A stretch of 64,000 bases of DNA from the NCBI GenBank assembly GCA_963740635.1, contig CAVUEQ010000003.1, positions 97,350 through 161,349 of the forward strand, in the 5' to 3' direction. The stretch is from an uncultured bacterium. Lineage in GTDB: Bacteria > Patescibacteriota > Saccharimonadia > UBA4664. The notes below the pieces were generated by a model, which saw only the letters and a list, made by a program, of their open reading frames with translations, ran no database searches and had not been told where the DNA came from. A program made the position numbers and the translations under genes. Shown here piece after piece: positions 46,717-54,634 of the stretch. The number at the start of each line of letters is the position of its first letter. The first letter of the stretch is position 1.

Positions 46717-47352
46717 TTAGCCAATGCTCTCCCTCCGAGGGGAGGGCTCGTTTTTGAGCGAGGCCCAGAGGTGCCAGGACGCGATGGTGCGGTACGGGCG
46801 CCAGCGGTCGGCTGTGGCGATGAGCTGGGCCTTGGGCGGCAGGTCGGCCCAGCCGTAGAGGCGGCGCATGGCGTTTTGGAGGCCGACGTCGTCGGGCGCG
46901 AAGACGTCGAGGCGGACGAGGGTAAACATGAGGAACATTTGCGCCGTCCAGGTACCGACGCCCTTGATGGCGGTGAGCTCGGCGATGACCTGGTCGTCGG
47001 GGAAGGTGTCGAGATGATTGTAGACGGCGGGGTCGTGGGCGAAATGCGCGGCCAGGTCTTGGATGTAGCGGGCCTTGGCGCCGGACAGCCCGGCCGCGCG
47101 CAGCTGCTCGGGGGTAGCCGCCATGACGCGCCGCGGGTCGAGGCCGGTGAGCGCTTTGAAGCGGGCGAATATGGTGGCGGCCGCTTTCACGGATAATTGC
47201 TGGCCGGTAATCGACCGGCTCAGCGACATGAAGTAATTCGTGCGGGGTTCGTGCACGATGGGCGCTTGGAGCGCAATGATTTTGCCCAGTTTGGGGTCGA
47301 GCTTGCTTAGCTGCTGTTCGCCGGCGGCGATGCGTTTAGATAGATCGTCCAT
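46717..47352 (-). CDS. DNA-3-methyladenine glycosylase II family (HhH-GPD) protein
   Basis: 211 aa. ..SITGQQLSVKAA..IF.RF.. and ..L..IKGVGTWTAQMFLMF.L.R.DVF...D.GL.. Only the last 211 codons of the 461-aa track ORF are real. Confidence 0.8.
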   Translation of the reverse strand: MDDLSKRIAAGEQQLSKLDPKLGKIIALQAPIVHEPRTNYFMSLSRSITGQQLSVKAAATIFARFKALTGLDPRRVMAATPEQLRAAGLSGAKARYIQDLAAHFAHDPAVYNHLDTFPDDQVIAELTAIKGVGTWTAQMFLMFTLVRLDVFAPDDVGLQNAMRRLYGWADLPPKAQLIATADRWRPYRTIASWHLWASLKNEPSPRRESIG

Positions 47353-47417
47353 AAAAGTATTATAAAGACTGCGGTGGGAGACCGGCCCGCCGTGGTGGCA
47401 GGCCGGTCTCCAGCGAA

Positions 47418-48323
47418 CTAGGCCAGAACCTTGCGGAACGCCGCCTCCCACCCATTCGGCCCCCCCGGGAACTCGAGGAACCCGACGTGGGTCGACGCGA
47501 CCTCCACGAGACCGAGGTTCGGGTACACCCGGCGCCAGTGCTCGTAGGCCTCGCGTTTGATGGTGTCGTCCGCGTCGGGCGCATAGGGACGCCGGGATTG
47601 CAGGTAGTTCGCGGTAACGCCGTTCCGCTCGGGGCTGGGTTGCGGCGTGGGGTGAGCCAGAATGGAGCGTGCCTCGTCGAACAGCTGGTGGAGCGGCCAG
47701 CGACTGGCCAGTGCGTGCTGCGCGTCTAGGAGCTCCCAATTGACCCCTTCGCCGAGCAAGTCCGGTTTGGGGGGCTTGAAGGTCAACTTCCAGAACGGCC
47801 GGTTGAGCAGGAGGTCGAACAGCCGTCCGGCTGGGATGAACTTCGCTAGCTGTGCGGCCGGGTCCACGAGATCCGCAGAAGTGAAAGGGGCGTCGACCAG
47901 TTGGTTGCGAACATCCCGCCCGGGCTTGCTCATACCGAGCACGATGTCGTCGGCGGTCAGACCACCCATGGAGGCGCCGATCAGGTCGATGCGTTGGTAT
48001 TCGGTGGAGCGGAGCAGACCCCTGACCCGCTTCACGATGGACCTGCCGGTGTAACGGTTGAGGTCGTACTCCACTAGCCAGACGTCGGCGTACTCGAGCC
48101 ACACCCGAAGCATGCCGGCGGAGTGCTTGACGGCCGAACTCTGCGCCCCCGTGAGGTAGATGATGAGCCGCGAGTGATTCCGGCCGGGGCGCTTAACGAT
48201 CTCGATCTGCGGCCGCCTCATGAGGTGGAACGCGAACAGATCGATCGTGCACAGTGCAAGCATCAACAGGACCAGACCGAACAGCGATCCGATACTGATC
48301 AGTACCCATTGCCATGCGGTCAT
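47418..48323 (-). CDS. membrane-anchored alpha/beta hydrolase-like protein
   Basis: 301 aa. N-terminal TM. GxSxG elbow in ..DLIGASMGG... Confidence 0.55.
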   Translation of the reverse strand: MTAWQWVLISIGSLFGLVLLMLALCTIDLFAFHLMRRPQIEIVKRPGRNHSRLIIYLTGAQSSAVKHSAGMLRVWLEYADVWLVEYDLNRYTGRSIVKRVRGLLRSTEYQRIDLIGASMGGLTADDIVLGMSKPGRDVRNQLVDAPFTSADLVDPAAQLAKFIPAGRLFDLLLNRPFWKLTFKPPKPDLLGEGVNWELLDAQHALASRWPLHQLFDEARSILAHPTPQPSPERNGVTANYLQSRRPYAPDADDTIKREAYEHWRRVYPNLGLVEVASTHVGFLEFPGGPNGWEAAFRKVLA

Positions 48324-48544
48324 GGCCGATCATCCCCTCTCCTGGGGTCTCGTTTTTCAGGTTCAGCGGGCTAGGACTGAGGAATTATACAATTTTATTG
48401 TGCATACGTCCAGGTAAGCCTAGCTTTTTGGATTAAGCGATAAATTATATCCCTTAACAGGATGAGGCTTCACTGTGTTAAAAACAGATACTTTTGGAAT
48501 AGGTTCAGAATGTATCTAATTTTGACCGGCGACTGATAAATCCT

Positions 48545-48621
48545 TGGTAGCGGGGGCAGGATTTGAACCTGCGACCTCTGGGTTATGAGCCCAGCGAGCT
48601 ACCGAACTGCTCCACCCCGCG
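48545..48621 (-). tRNA. initiator tRNA-fMet (anticodon CAU), CCA encoded
   Basis: Reverse complement CGCGGGG..CTGGG-CTCATAA-CCCAG..CCCCGCTACCA. It has three G-C pairs closing the anticodon stem and an unpaired 1:72 position (C:U). Confidence 0.88.
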
Positions 48622-48658
48622 ATATGTACCGCACTATAATCTAACAGATTGAGGTGAA

Positions 48659-49834
48659 ATGGTCAATGACGAACCTGAGAAAAAGGTGTATGATGTTTGC
48701 CTAATTGGGAGCTTTGCGATGGGGAGAATCAAGGTTCTGGCGGGAGTATTAATAGCGCTGTTGGTCCCGGTGGCGGCAGTGGCCGCGGTGGACTCGCACG
48801 CCAACGTGGTGCTGGCCAAGGGCGATAACCGGACCGGCACTTATTATGCCGCGGGGCAGACCGTGACGGTCGATGGAGATGTGAGCGGCGACGTGGTCTG
48901 TGCGGCGCAGACCGTCACCATTAACGGCTCTGTCGGCGGCGACGTGCTGTGCGCCGGGCAGACCATCACCATTAACGGCGCGGTCGGAGGCAGCGTGCGG
49001 TCGGCCGGGCAGGTCGTAAACGTAAACGGCACCGTGGGCCGCAACGTGACGGCGGCCGGCCAGGACGTGACGGTCGGCAGCGCCTCCAAAGTGGGCGGCG
49101 ACATGGCGGCGGCGGGCGCTGGGGTGAACGTGAACGCGCCGGTGACGGGCACCCTGTACGCCGGTGGCCAGAACCTGGCGTTGAACGCTGCCGTCGGCGG
49201 CGACGTGGGCTTTTGGGGGCAGGACCTGAGCTTGGGCAATGCCGCCCAAATCGGTGGCAACCTCGTTTACACTAGCAAAAATACGTTTGCGATCGACAAG
49301 GCCAAGGTCGCTGGGACGGTGACCCGGCACGAGCCGCCGGCCACCAAGCCGGCGGCGCCGAGCGCGGCTTCGCGGCTGGCCATGCTGCTGTACTGGATAG
49401 TGGCCGGGCTGGCGACGGCGTTGGTGGCGGTGTGGCTGACGCCGCGGCTGGTGCGGGCCGTGACGGGCCCAATGCTGCGCCGGTGGCCGGCCAGCGCGGG
49501 CTGGGGCTTGGCGGTATTGCTGCTGGGGCCGGCCGTGTTCGTGGTGCTTTTGATCACGGTTATCGGCATACCGGTGGCCCTAATCGCCGGTGCGTTCTGG
49601 TTGCTGGTGCTGCTGACTTCGCAGTTGTTCGCCGGCGTGGCCGTGGGCCGGCTAATCCTGACGCGCGAAGACGACAACCGCCGCGGCATGGCGCTGGCCG
49701 CGCTGGTGGGCGTGCCGCTGGTGATGCTGGCCGTCTGGGTGCCGGTGCTCGGAGTCCTGGTGGGGCTGGCCGCGGCTATCTGGACGTTCGGCGGCGTCGT
49801 GCTGGCCATGACCCGGTCGAGCGCGCTCGGCTAG
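48659..49834 (+). CDS. bactofilin-like (polymer-forming, beta-helical repeat) protein with C-terminal multi-TM domain
   Basis: Repeats ..G.V.GDV.CAGQTVTINGSVGGDV.. followed by 4 TM helices. Alternative start at 48719 (MGRIKVLAG.., a signal-like sequence). Confidence 0.6.
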   Translation: MVNDEPEKKVYDVCLIGSFAMGRIKVLAGVLIALLVPVAAVAAVDSHANVVLAKGDNRTGTYYAAGQTVTVDGDVSGDVVCAAQTVTINGSVGGDVLCAGQTITINGAVGGSVRSAGQVVNVNGTVGRNVTAAGQDVTVGSASKVGGDMAAAGAGVNVNAPVTGTLYAGGQNLALNAAVGGDVGFWGQDLSLGNAAQIGGNLVYTSKNTFAIDKAKVAGTVTRHEPPATKPAAPSAASRLAMLLYWIVAGLATALVAVWLTPRLVRAVTGPMLRRWPASAGWGLAVLLLGPAVFVVLLITVIGIPVALIAGAFWLLVLLTSQLFAGVAVGRLILTREDDNRRGMALAALVGVPLVMLAVWVPVLGVLVGLAAAIWTFGGVVLAMTRSSALG

Positions 49835-50217
49835 TCGGCGCGCCCGCTTAAGAAATCAAACCATTGCTGGAGGTTCGAGGTTTTGGCGGCCGGGTTGGCG
49901 TTGCCCGACGCGGGCGCGGGCGCGGGGCTGGCGTGCGGGATGATCACCACATTCTCGCCCGGTAGCTGCAACCCGAGGTTGGAGCGGGCCTGGCGGTCGC
50001 GGAAAGCGTTGGTGTTGTAGTAGGCGATTGAGTCGGCGAGCTGGTTTTTTTGGTCTTGCAGCAGCGCTATTTGGACATTTAACGACTCAATTTGGCGGCC
50101 CAGCTGGTAGTTGCGCTGAATCGTCTGGGTGAGCACGATCACGAGGTAAAGGATAACCAACGCGCCGATGAGGTTGAGGAGATTTACGCCGGTCAGTTTG
50201 ATTTTTGGCAGCTTCAT
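49831..50217 (-). CDS. septum formation initiator (FtsB/DivIC family)
   Basis: 128 aa. N-terminal TM plus coiled coil (..LNVQIALLQDQKNQL..) and ..RDRQARSNLGL..PGE.V. Confidence 0.75.
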   Translation of the reverse strand: MKLPKIKLTGVNLLNLIGALVILYLVIVLTQTIQRNYQLGRQIESLNVQIALLQDQKNQLADSIAYYNTNAFRDRQARSNLGLQLPGENVVIIPHASPAPAPASGNANPAAKTSNLQQWFDFLSGRAD

Positions 50218-50232
50218 TAGCCTTAGTATAAT
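50205..50232 (+). promoter_or_regulatory. promoter of tRNA-CAU (TTGGCA-16 nt-TATAAT)
   Basis: TTGGCA 50205-50210 and TATAAT 50227-50232. The tRNA 5' end is at 50247. Confidence 0.55.
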
Positions 50233-50246
50233 ATACTAACCCCCGG

Positions 50247-50322
50247 GGGTCCGTAGCTCAGTGGTTAGAGCAGGCGGCTCATAACCGCTTGGTCGCAGGT
50301 TCAAATCCTGCCGGACCCACCA
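50247..50322 (+). tRNA. tRNA with anticodon CAU (Met elongator or lysidine-modified Ile2), CCA encoded; integration target
   Basis: GGGTCCG..GGCGG-CTCATAA-CCGCT..GGTTCAAATCC..CGGACCCACCA. 1:72 are paired. The last 44 nt are overlapped antisense by the recombinase ORF. Confidence 0.88.
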
Positions 50323-51811
50323 ATGTTGATTTATCGTCAGCGATTTGCTGAATTACCTCAAAACAAAGCCCTAATTTAGCGGTTCCAAAACCTATCCCGA
50401 AGTCATACCTAATTCCACCCGGGAAGATCATCTTTTGGAACCGGCGTTTGTATTCCGGTTCCGCATCCTCCCACATCTTCGCCAGGTTACCAATAAAGTT
50501 AGCCGCATAACCTACTATCGCATCGCGGTCCAACTCCTCCTCCCACGCCTGCCCCCGCTGCATTTGCATCGTTACTAGCTCACTATCAATCTGATCTATC
50601 ACGCGCTTATTCTTCGCTAACTGCCCGGTTTTTGCCAGGTTGCGCACGACGGTGTCCTTTTCCTCTTCAAGAACCTGCATGGACTTATCGATCTTGCGCC
50701 TAGCGTTGCGGGCATCCGCATATTCAGACTCCCATCGCTTGAGGACTGTGGCACGAAACAGTAAGAGGTCATCGTCGGTAAACTTGACGGCTTTTAGACG
50801 TTCCAGAAACTGCCGGTGAAGTGCTTCTTTATCTTCCGAGACTTGCTTGCCGGTGACGGAGCGTCGGCACTTTGGGCAGCTGTACTTGAGATACACGCCG
50901 CCGTTGCCGCGAGGTGTGCTGCCGGTGATGGGCGTAGAGCAGAGGTGGCAAACCACGAATCCACCGCGCAGAGGCCACTCACCGCCCATTTTGGTCTTGA
51001 GCAGTCCCTTGCGCGGTTTGCCGGTAAGTATGTCTTGGTTGGCCTCAAACTCGCTCATAGTTATCAGGCCAGCATGTAGGCCTTTGCGATCACCCTCAAC
51101 CAACTTGCTTCTCACGATACCGGCGTAAACACCATTTCGGAGCATGTTGCAGGTGTACTGGTACACCAGCCTTTTGCCAGACTTGTTGGTGATGCCCATC
51201 TGCCAAGCCAGCTTGTGCATCTCACGCTGCGTATAGACGCCCTTAGAGAACTCCCGGAGCCACTTTGCTACAAGTGGTCCTTTTTCGTCTGCCTCGAGCG
51301 TAGGCCGGTTCATTGCGTCTTTGACGTTGCGGTAACCAATTGGTGCCATGAAGGGCCAACTTCCCTCTTCCACCCGCTTTGCCATTCCGCCAATGGAGCG
51401 TTCGGCGCGTACCTCGTTGTCAAACTGCGCAAATCCCGACAACATTGTCTCCATCAATCTGCCAAGGGTAGTGTCTTCTATCGGCTCGGTAACCGATGCG
51501 AGGCTCACTCCTACCTTCTTGAGCACCGCTTTGATAGCATGGTGGTCTTTGGTGCGGCGAGAGAACCGATCCAGCTTCCAAACGAGCAGGGTGCTAACTT
51601 GGCCCTTGTGCTCTTGGCAATACCTGATCAGGGCGAGGAGCTGTGGCCGGTTGGCAGTTTTGGCGCTTTCGCCCTCTTCGACAAATACCTTTAGCACCTC
51701 GAGCCCGTTGGCCTCGGCATACTTCTCGCAGGCTTCGAGTTGATTCCCCAAGCTCATATTCTCGACTTGCTCGTCGGTACTGACCCTGGTGTAGATAATG
51801 GCTGTCTTCAT
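50279..51811 (-). CDS. large serine recombinase (resolvase N-domain + recombinase domain + zinc ribbon)
   Basis: 510 aa. ..AIIYTRVSTDEQ.. catalytic Ser region, ..WKLDRFSRR.., then ..C..C......G.........YY.C..C Zn-ribbon and a coiled coil. Confidence 0.9.
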   Translation of the reverse strand: MKTAIIYTRVSTDEQVENMSLGNQLEACEKYAEANGLEVLKVFVEEGESAKTANRPQLLALIRYCQEHKGQVSTLLVWKLDRFSRRTKDHHAIKAVLKKVGVSLASVTEPIEDTTLGRLMETMLSGFAQFDNEVRAERSIGGMAKRVEEGSWPFMAPIGYRNVKDAMNRPTLEADEKGPLVAKWLREFSKGVYTQREMHKLAWQMGITNKSGKRLVYQYTCNMLRNGVYAGIVRSKLVEGDRKGLHAGLITMSEFEANQDILTGKPRKGLLKTKMGGEWPLRGGFVVCHLCSTPITGSTPRGNGGVYLKYSCPKCRRSVTGKQVSEDKEALHRQFLERLKAVKFTDDDLLLFRATVLKRWESEYADARNARRKIDKSMQVLEEEKDTVVRNLAKTGQLAKNKRVIDQIDSELVTMQMQRGQAWEEELDRDAIVGYAANFIGNLAKMWEDAEPEYKRRFQKMIFPGGIRYDFGIGFGTAKLGLCFEVIQQIADDKSTLVGPAGFEPATKRL

Positions 51812-51857
51812 ATTTTGAACCTTTGAAGCCTTGATTATATGCTAACTTGTTAACATT

Positions 51858-52028
51858 TCAAGACTTCCGCCTGGACTTTTGAACCTTGAACATATCCACC
51901 ACTAGTTTGGCCAGCTGGTCTACGGCCTCGACCCGCGCACGAATCTCATCGTCGGTCATAGTCTCAGATTTGGCCCCGAGCAACTTGCGTGCCTCTGCCA
52001 CCCCGAAGTTTTGCTCGGAGTTTGCCAC
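51858..52028 (-). CDS. possible small ORF (56 aa, GTG start), unknown function
   Basis: Not in the ORF track (under 60 aa). The GTG lies 2 nt after the RHH stop. Translation MANSEQNFGVAEARKLLGAKSETMTDDEIRARVEAVDQLAKLVVDMFKVQKSRRKS. Confidence 0.3.
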   Translation of the reverse strand: MANSEQNFGVAEARKLLGAKSETMTDDEIRARVEAVDQLAKLVVDMFKVQKSRRKS

Positions 52029-52030
52029 GA

Positions 52031-52219
52031 TTACCCCTTGCGCCGGTTGCCGCGCTTACCAGTCGCGAGCTTGGCCTGCTCTGCATCTAGGTCATCAATT
52101 AGATCATTCAGTAGCTGGATCATCGACCGCCCGTCCATGGCCGCAATAATTTTCAACCGCTGGTGCTGGTTGGTGCCAATGCGCGTTAGTCTCGTTGATT
52201 CTTCGATAGTCGAGTTCAT
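52031..52219 (-). CDS. ribbon-helix-helix (CopG/Arc-like) DNA-binding protein
   Basis: 62 aa from the ATG at 52219 (GAGGGGGA upstream). ..TRLTRIGTNQHQRLKIIAAMDGRSMIQLLNDLIDDL.. fits the beta-strand/helix/helix pattern. Confidence 0.6.
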   Translation of the reverse strand: MNSTIEESTRLTRIGTNQHQRLKIIAAMDGRSMIQLLNDLIDDLDAEQAKLATGKRGNRRKG

Positions 52220-52293
52220 GGGTCCCCCTCGGGTTGGAAACAAAAGTAGCCTTCTACACAAAGGCTACACGTGCGGGAGTTCGCTAGAGTTAG

Positions 52294-52947
52294 CTAACTT
52301 TTTGTAGTGAGTGCCGGGTTCAAGCGCACCGTGTACTTGGTGACTAGCAGTAGATCCGGGGTGCCTGACAATGCTGCAACGCGGGTATTCACACTGGTGG
52401 CGGCGGTATATACCTTCCGCCAGTCCAACGCGTGTTGATCATCTTCACGTATTCCAAACTCAGCCAACATTTCGTCTGCGTTCCACGCCTCGCCCGGAGC
52501 CTTACTCGCGCCGAATAGAGCCGCCAGCAGAGCGGCCTGATTGGTATTGGGCCGAATCCTCACTTGGCCACCGTTTAAGCGCAGCACTGCACGGTCGGGT
52601 TCGTAGCTCACGCCGCCTTGAGGTAACAATAGCTGAATTGGCCGGATGTTGAGTAACTTTATCGAGTATTCTTGCCTAAACGAGAATACGGAGCCTACCG
52701 GGTTGACTCGCGTCATGAAGCCGTCTTGCTTCTCATGGTTCACTCTCACGGCCCCTTGCTGCTCTAGGTACCGCCAAAACTCCCCAATCCCTGTCTCGCT
52801 CTCCTGGTCCGGCTCGTCGGTATCCGCGTACGCCTGCACTACCACGTCCAAACCGAGCGAAGCAGCCTGGTAATTCTCTTCGTGACTGACCAAAGCGGTA
52901 GCGATGCGCGTAGTATGCTCGCTAAGGTTGGGCGTCGTAGTCTCCAT
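52294..52947 (-). CDS. hypothetical protein (217 aa); C-terminal part possibly winged-helix
   Basis: First gene of the co-directional 217 aa-RHH-56 aa-recombinase array. No family recognised. Confidence 0.45.
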   Translation of the reverse strand: METTTPNLSEHTTRIATALVSHEENYQAASLGLDVVVQAYADTDEPDQESETGIGEFWRYLEQQGAVRVNHEKQDGFMTRVNPVGSVFSFRQEYSIKLLNIRPIQLLLPQGGVSYEPDRAVLRLNGGQVRIRPNTNQAALLAALFGASKAPGEAWNADEMLAEFGIREDDQHALDWRKVYTAATSVNTRVAALSGTPDLLLVTKYTVRLNPALTTKS

Positions 52948-53268
52948 GGTGTAAACAAGTATACGCCGGGTGTGAATGGGGACACGGATCGAGACTAATG
53001 ATTGCGGGTATATGGGGCTTTTTTGTGTTACTGAATGTCATGAAATGGTTGTACAACTAACAACACGAATACGCTCAAAAAAATTATGTGTGCCCGCAGC
53101 GAGATTTGCCAACGCATATGCTCGTGACCCGGTAGTTGTGCGACGGGGGTGCACGGGGTGCAATATGACCCGGGTGTTGGCTTGGTAGTGTACACGGAAT
53201 GGATTGGGTGCCACATGTCTTCGGTGGCGGATCGGGGAGGCTCTGAGAGCGTAGGTCCGACGCGGAAG

Positions 53269-53496
53269 TTACATGCCCTTGAACAGATCCGAGATGCGCA
53301 CACCAAGCCCCTGCGCTAGTCGATCGAGTGTAGCAATTCGCGGCCAGCGTCTGCCGTTCTCTACAAATGCTATGGTCATACGGTCCAAGCCCGTCTTTTC
53401 GGCCAACTGTTCCTGGGTAATAGACCTTTCGGCCCGGAGTTGAGCAACATGCCCTCCAAATCTAGCCAAAATCTGCTTTTCGTCGTGCTGCTTCAT
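53269..53496 (-). CDS. XRE-family helix-turn-helix transcriptional regulator
   Basis: ..ITQEQLAEKTGLDRMTIAFVENGRRWPRIATLDRLAQGLGV.ISDLF. ATG at 53496 (track ORF starts at the GTG 53505). Confidence 0.85.
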   Translation of the reverse strand: MKQHDEKQILARFGGHVAQLRAERSITQEQLAEKTGLDRMTIAFVENGRRWPRIATLDRLAQGLGVRISDLFKGM

Positions 53497-53514
53497 TGCA
53501 TACACGATATTGAG

Positions 53515-53549
53515 TGTTTACAATCTGTAACATTTACAATTTGTAAACA
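53515..53549. promoter_or_regulatory. operator-like inverted repeats in the XRE divergent promoter region
   Basis: TGTTTACAA (53515-53523) and TTGTAAACA (53541-53549) are reverse complements. TTTACAA-T-TTGTAAA (53533-53547) is a 7-1-7 palindrome. Confidence 0.6.
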
Positions 53550-53569
53550 ATGTGTTATTATTCGGCCTT

Positions 53570-54082
53570 ATGAAGTCAAAAAAGAGATTCAATAAACTCT
53601 ACTGGATTGTGCCAACCGCAGTGGCTGCCTGCCTGCTCAGCGGTGTAGCCGTCTTTGCCCTGAATAGCGGTGCGGAGCTACCAACCAACACGGACTACGC
53701 GACTAGTGCATCGCTAACTGCAACGCCAACCTCGCCGAAGCCTGGAAGCACTACGACAATAGTGGTTGTTACCCCGGCTCCGGTCGCGCCAAGCACCACT
53801 GTAGTCGAAACCCAGATTTGCAGGAGCATTATCAGCAACGCGCAAACTCAAGCAAAGAACCTGGATTCACAATACTCGAGCAACTGGACCTCGTGGAACA
53901 GCGTGTACCTGGGTGAGTACGACAGCCAAGCCGCCCTGGATGGCAAAGAGTGGTATAAGAACTACACAAAGCAGCAGTTTGCCAACTGGGTTAGCTCCAA
54001 TGACCCGACCATGCAGAAGTTCTGCCACTCCTCGACCTCACTGGCCGACATCATGGTCCAGCCCGACTACAGCACCTGGTAA
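53570..54082 (+). CDS. hypothetical secreted/membrane-anchored protein (170 aa)
   Basis: MKSKKRFNKLYWIVPTAVAACLLSGVAVFAL signal anchor, then a Thr/Pro linker. Transcribed divergently from the XRE gene. Confidence 0.5.
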   Translation: MKSKKRFNKLYWIVPTAVAACLLSGVAVFALNSGAELPTNTDYATSASLTATPTSPKPGSTTTIVVVTPAPVAPSTTVVETQICRSIISNAQTQAKNLDSQYSSNWTSWNSVYLGEYDSQAALDGKEWYKNYTKQQFANWVSSNDPTMQKFCHSSTSLADIMVQPDYSTW

Positions 54083-54094
54083 TAGCGCGGGGCT

Positions 54095-54634
54095 TTAGTC
54101 GAGAAGTGACTTCTGGCCACCGGTAAACCAGGAGCTGTCAAAGCCGTCCGCAACTACGATGGGCTGCACCTCGGTCAGACCGGCAGCGTGAAGGGTGCGG
54201 AGTTGTTTAGCGAGAGTGGATGCGTCCTCAGTGATGATGTAGTCAATTTTATTTTTCTCGGCCTGGGCAATAAGTTTCAGATCATCCTTGAACTCAGCGC
54301 GCGCACTTCGGGGTGTTGTGCCGTCATTCGCGGAATCGTTTCGTGCGTCAATCCGGGCGGTACTGCCGAGATTGTGGGCGACGTTGGAAAGGTGGGTTGC
54401 CTCGTAGATATTAAAAGGCATGGGAATAAAGTTGCCGCTCGACAGCCACTCCGCAGCCGATACCAGCTGGTGATACTCGGCAATCACTATGGCCGACAGA
54501 TGCATCTTGATGTCGTTCCCCAGCATGTATTTGTAGTAGCGATTAGCTACATCGTAATTCGGATATTTGGGATTCGCGAGGGTGATGAGGAATGTAGTGT
54601 CCACCATGACGGTCTTTTTTGCATCAGCCATCAT
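54095..54634 (-). CDS. PIN-like domain nuclease (179 aa)
   Basis: ..VMVDTTFLI.. N-terminal Asp strand, ..IVIAEYHQL.., and C-terminal ..DDLKLIAQAEKNKIDYIITEDAS.. acidic residues, all in PIN order. Confidence 0.6.
   Translation of the reverse strand: MMADAKKTVMVDTTFLITLANPKYPNYDVANRYYKYMLGNDIKMHLSAIVIAEYHQLVSAAEWLSSGNFIPMPFNIYEATHLSNVAHNLGSTARIDARNDSANDGTTPRSARAEFKDDLKLIAQAEKNKIDYIITEDASTLAKQLRTLHAAGLTEVQPIVVADGFDSSWFTGGQKSLLD

Noticed and set aside
47353-48102. Upstream 250 codons of the 461-aa ORF 46717-48102
   Set aside because: This part overlaps the alpha/beta-hydrolase gene in another frame and translates to Arg/Pro-rich sequence. The glycosylase homology starts at the internal ATG 47352.
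50247-50322. tRNA-CAU as a disrupted or pseudo tRNA because the recombinase ORF overlaps it
   Set aside because: The tRNA has intact acceptor, D, anticodon and T arms plus CCA and its own TTGGCA-16-TATAAT promoter. The overlap is on the opposite strand.
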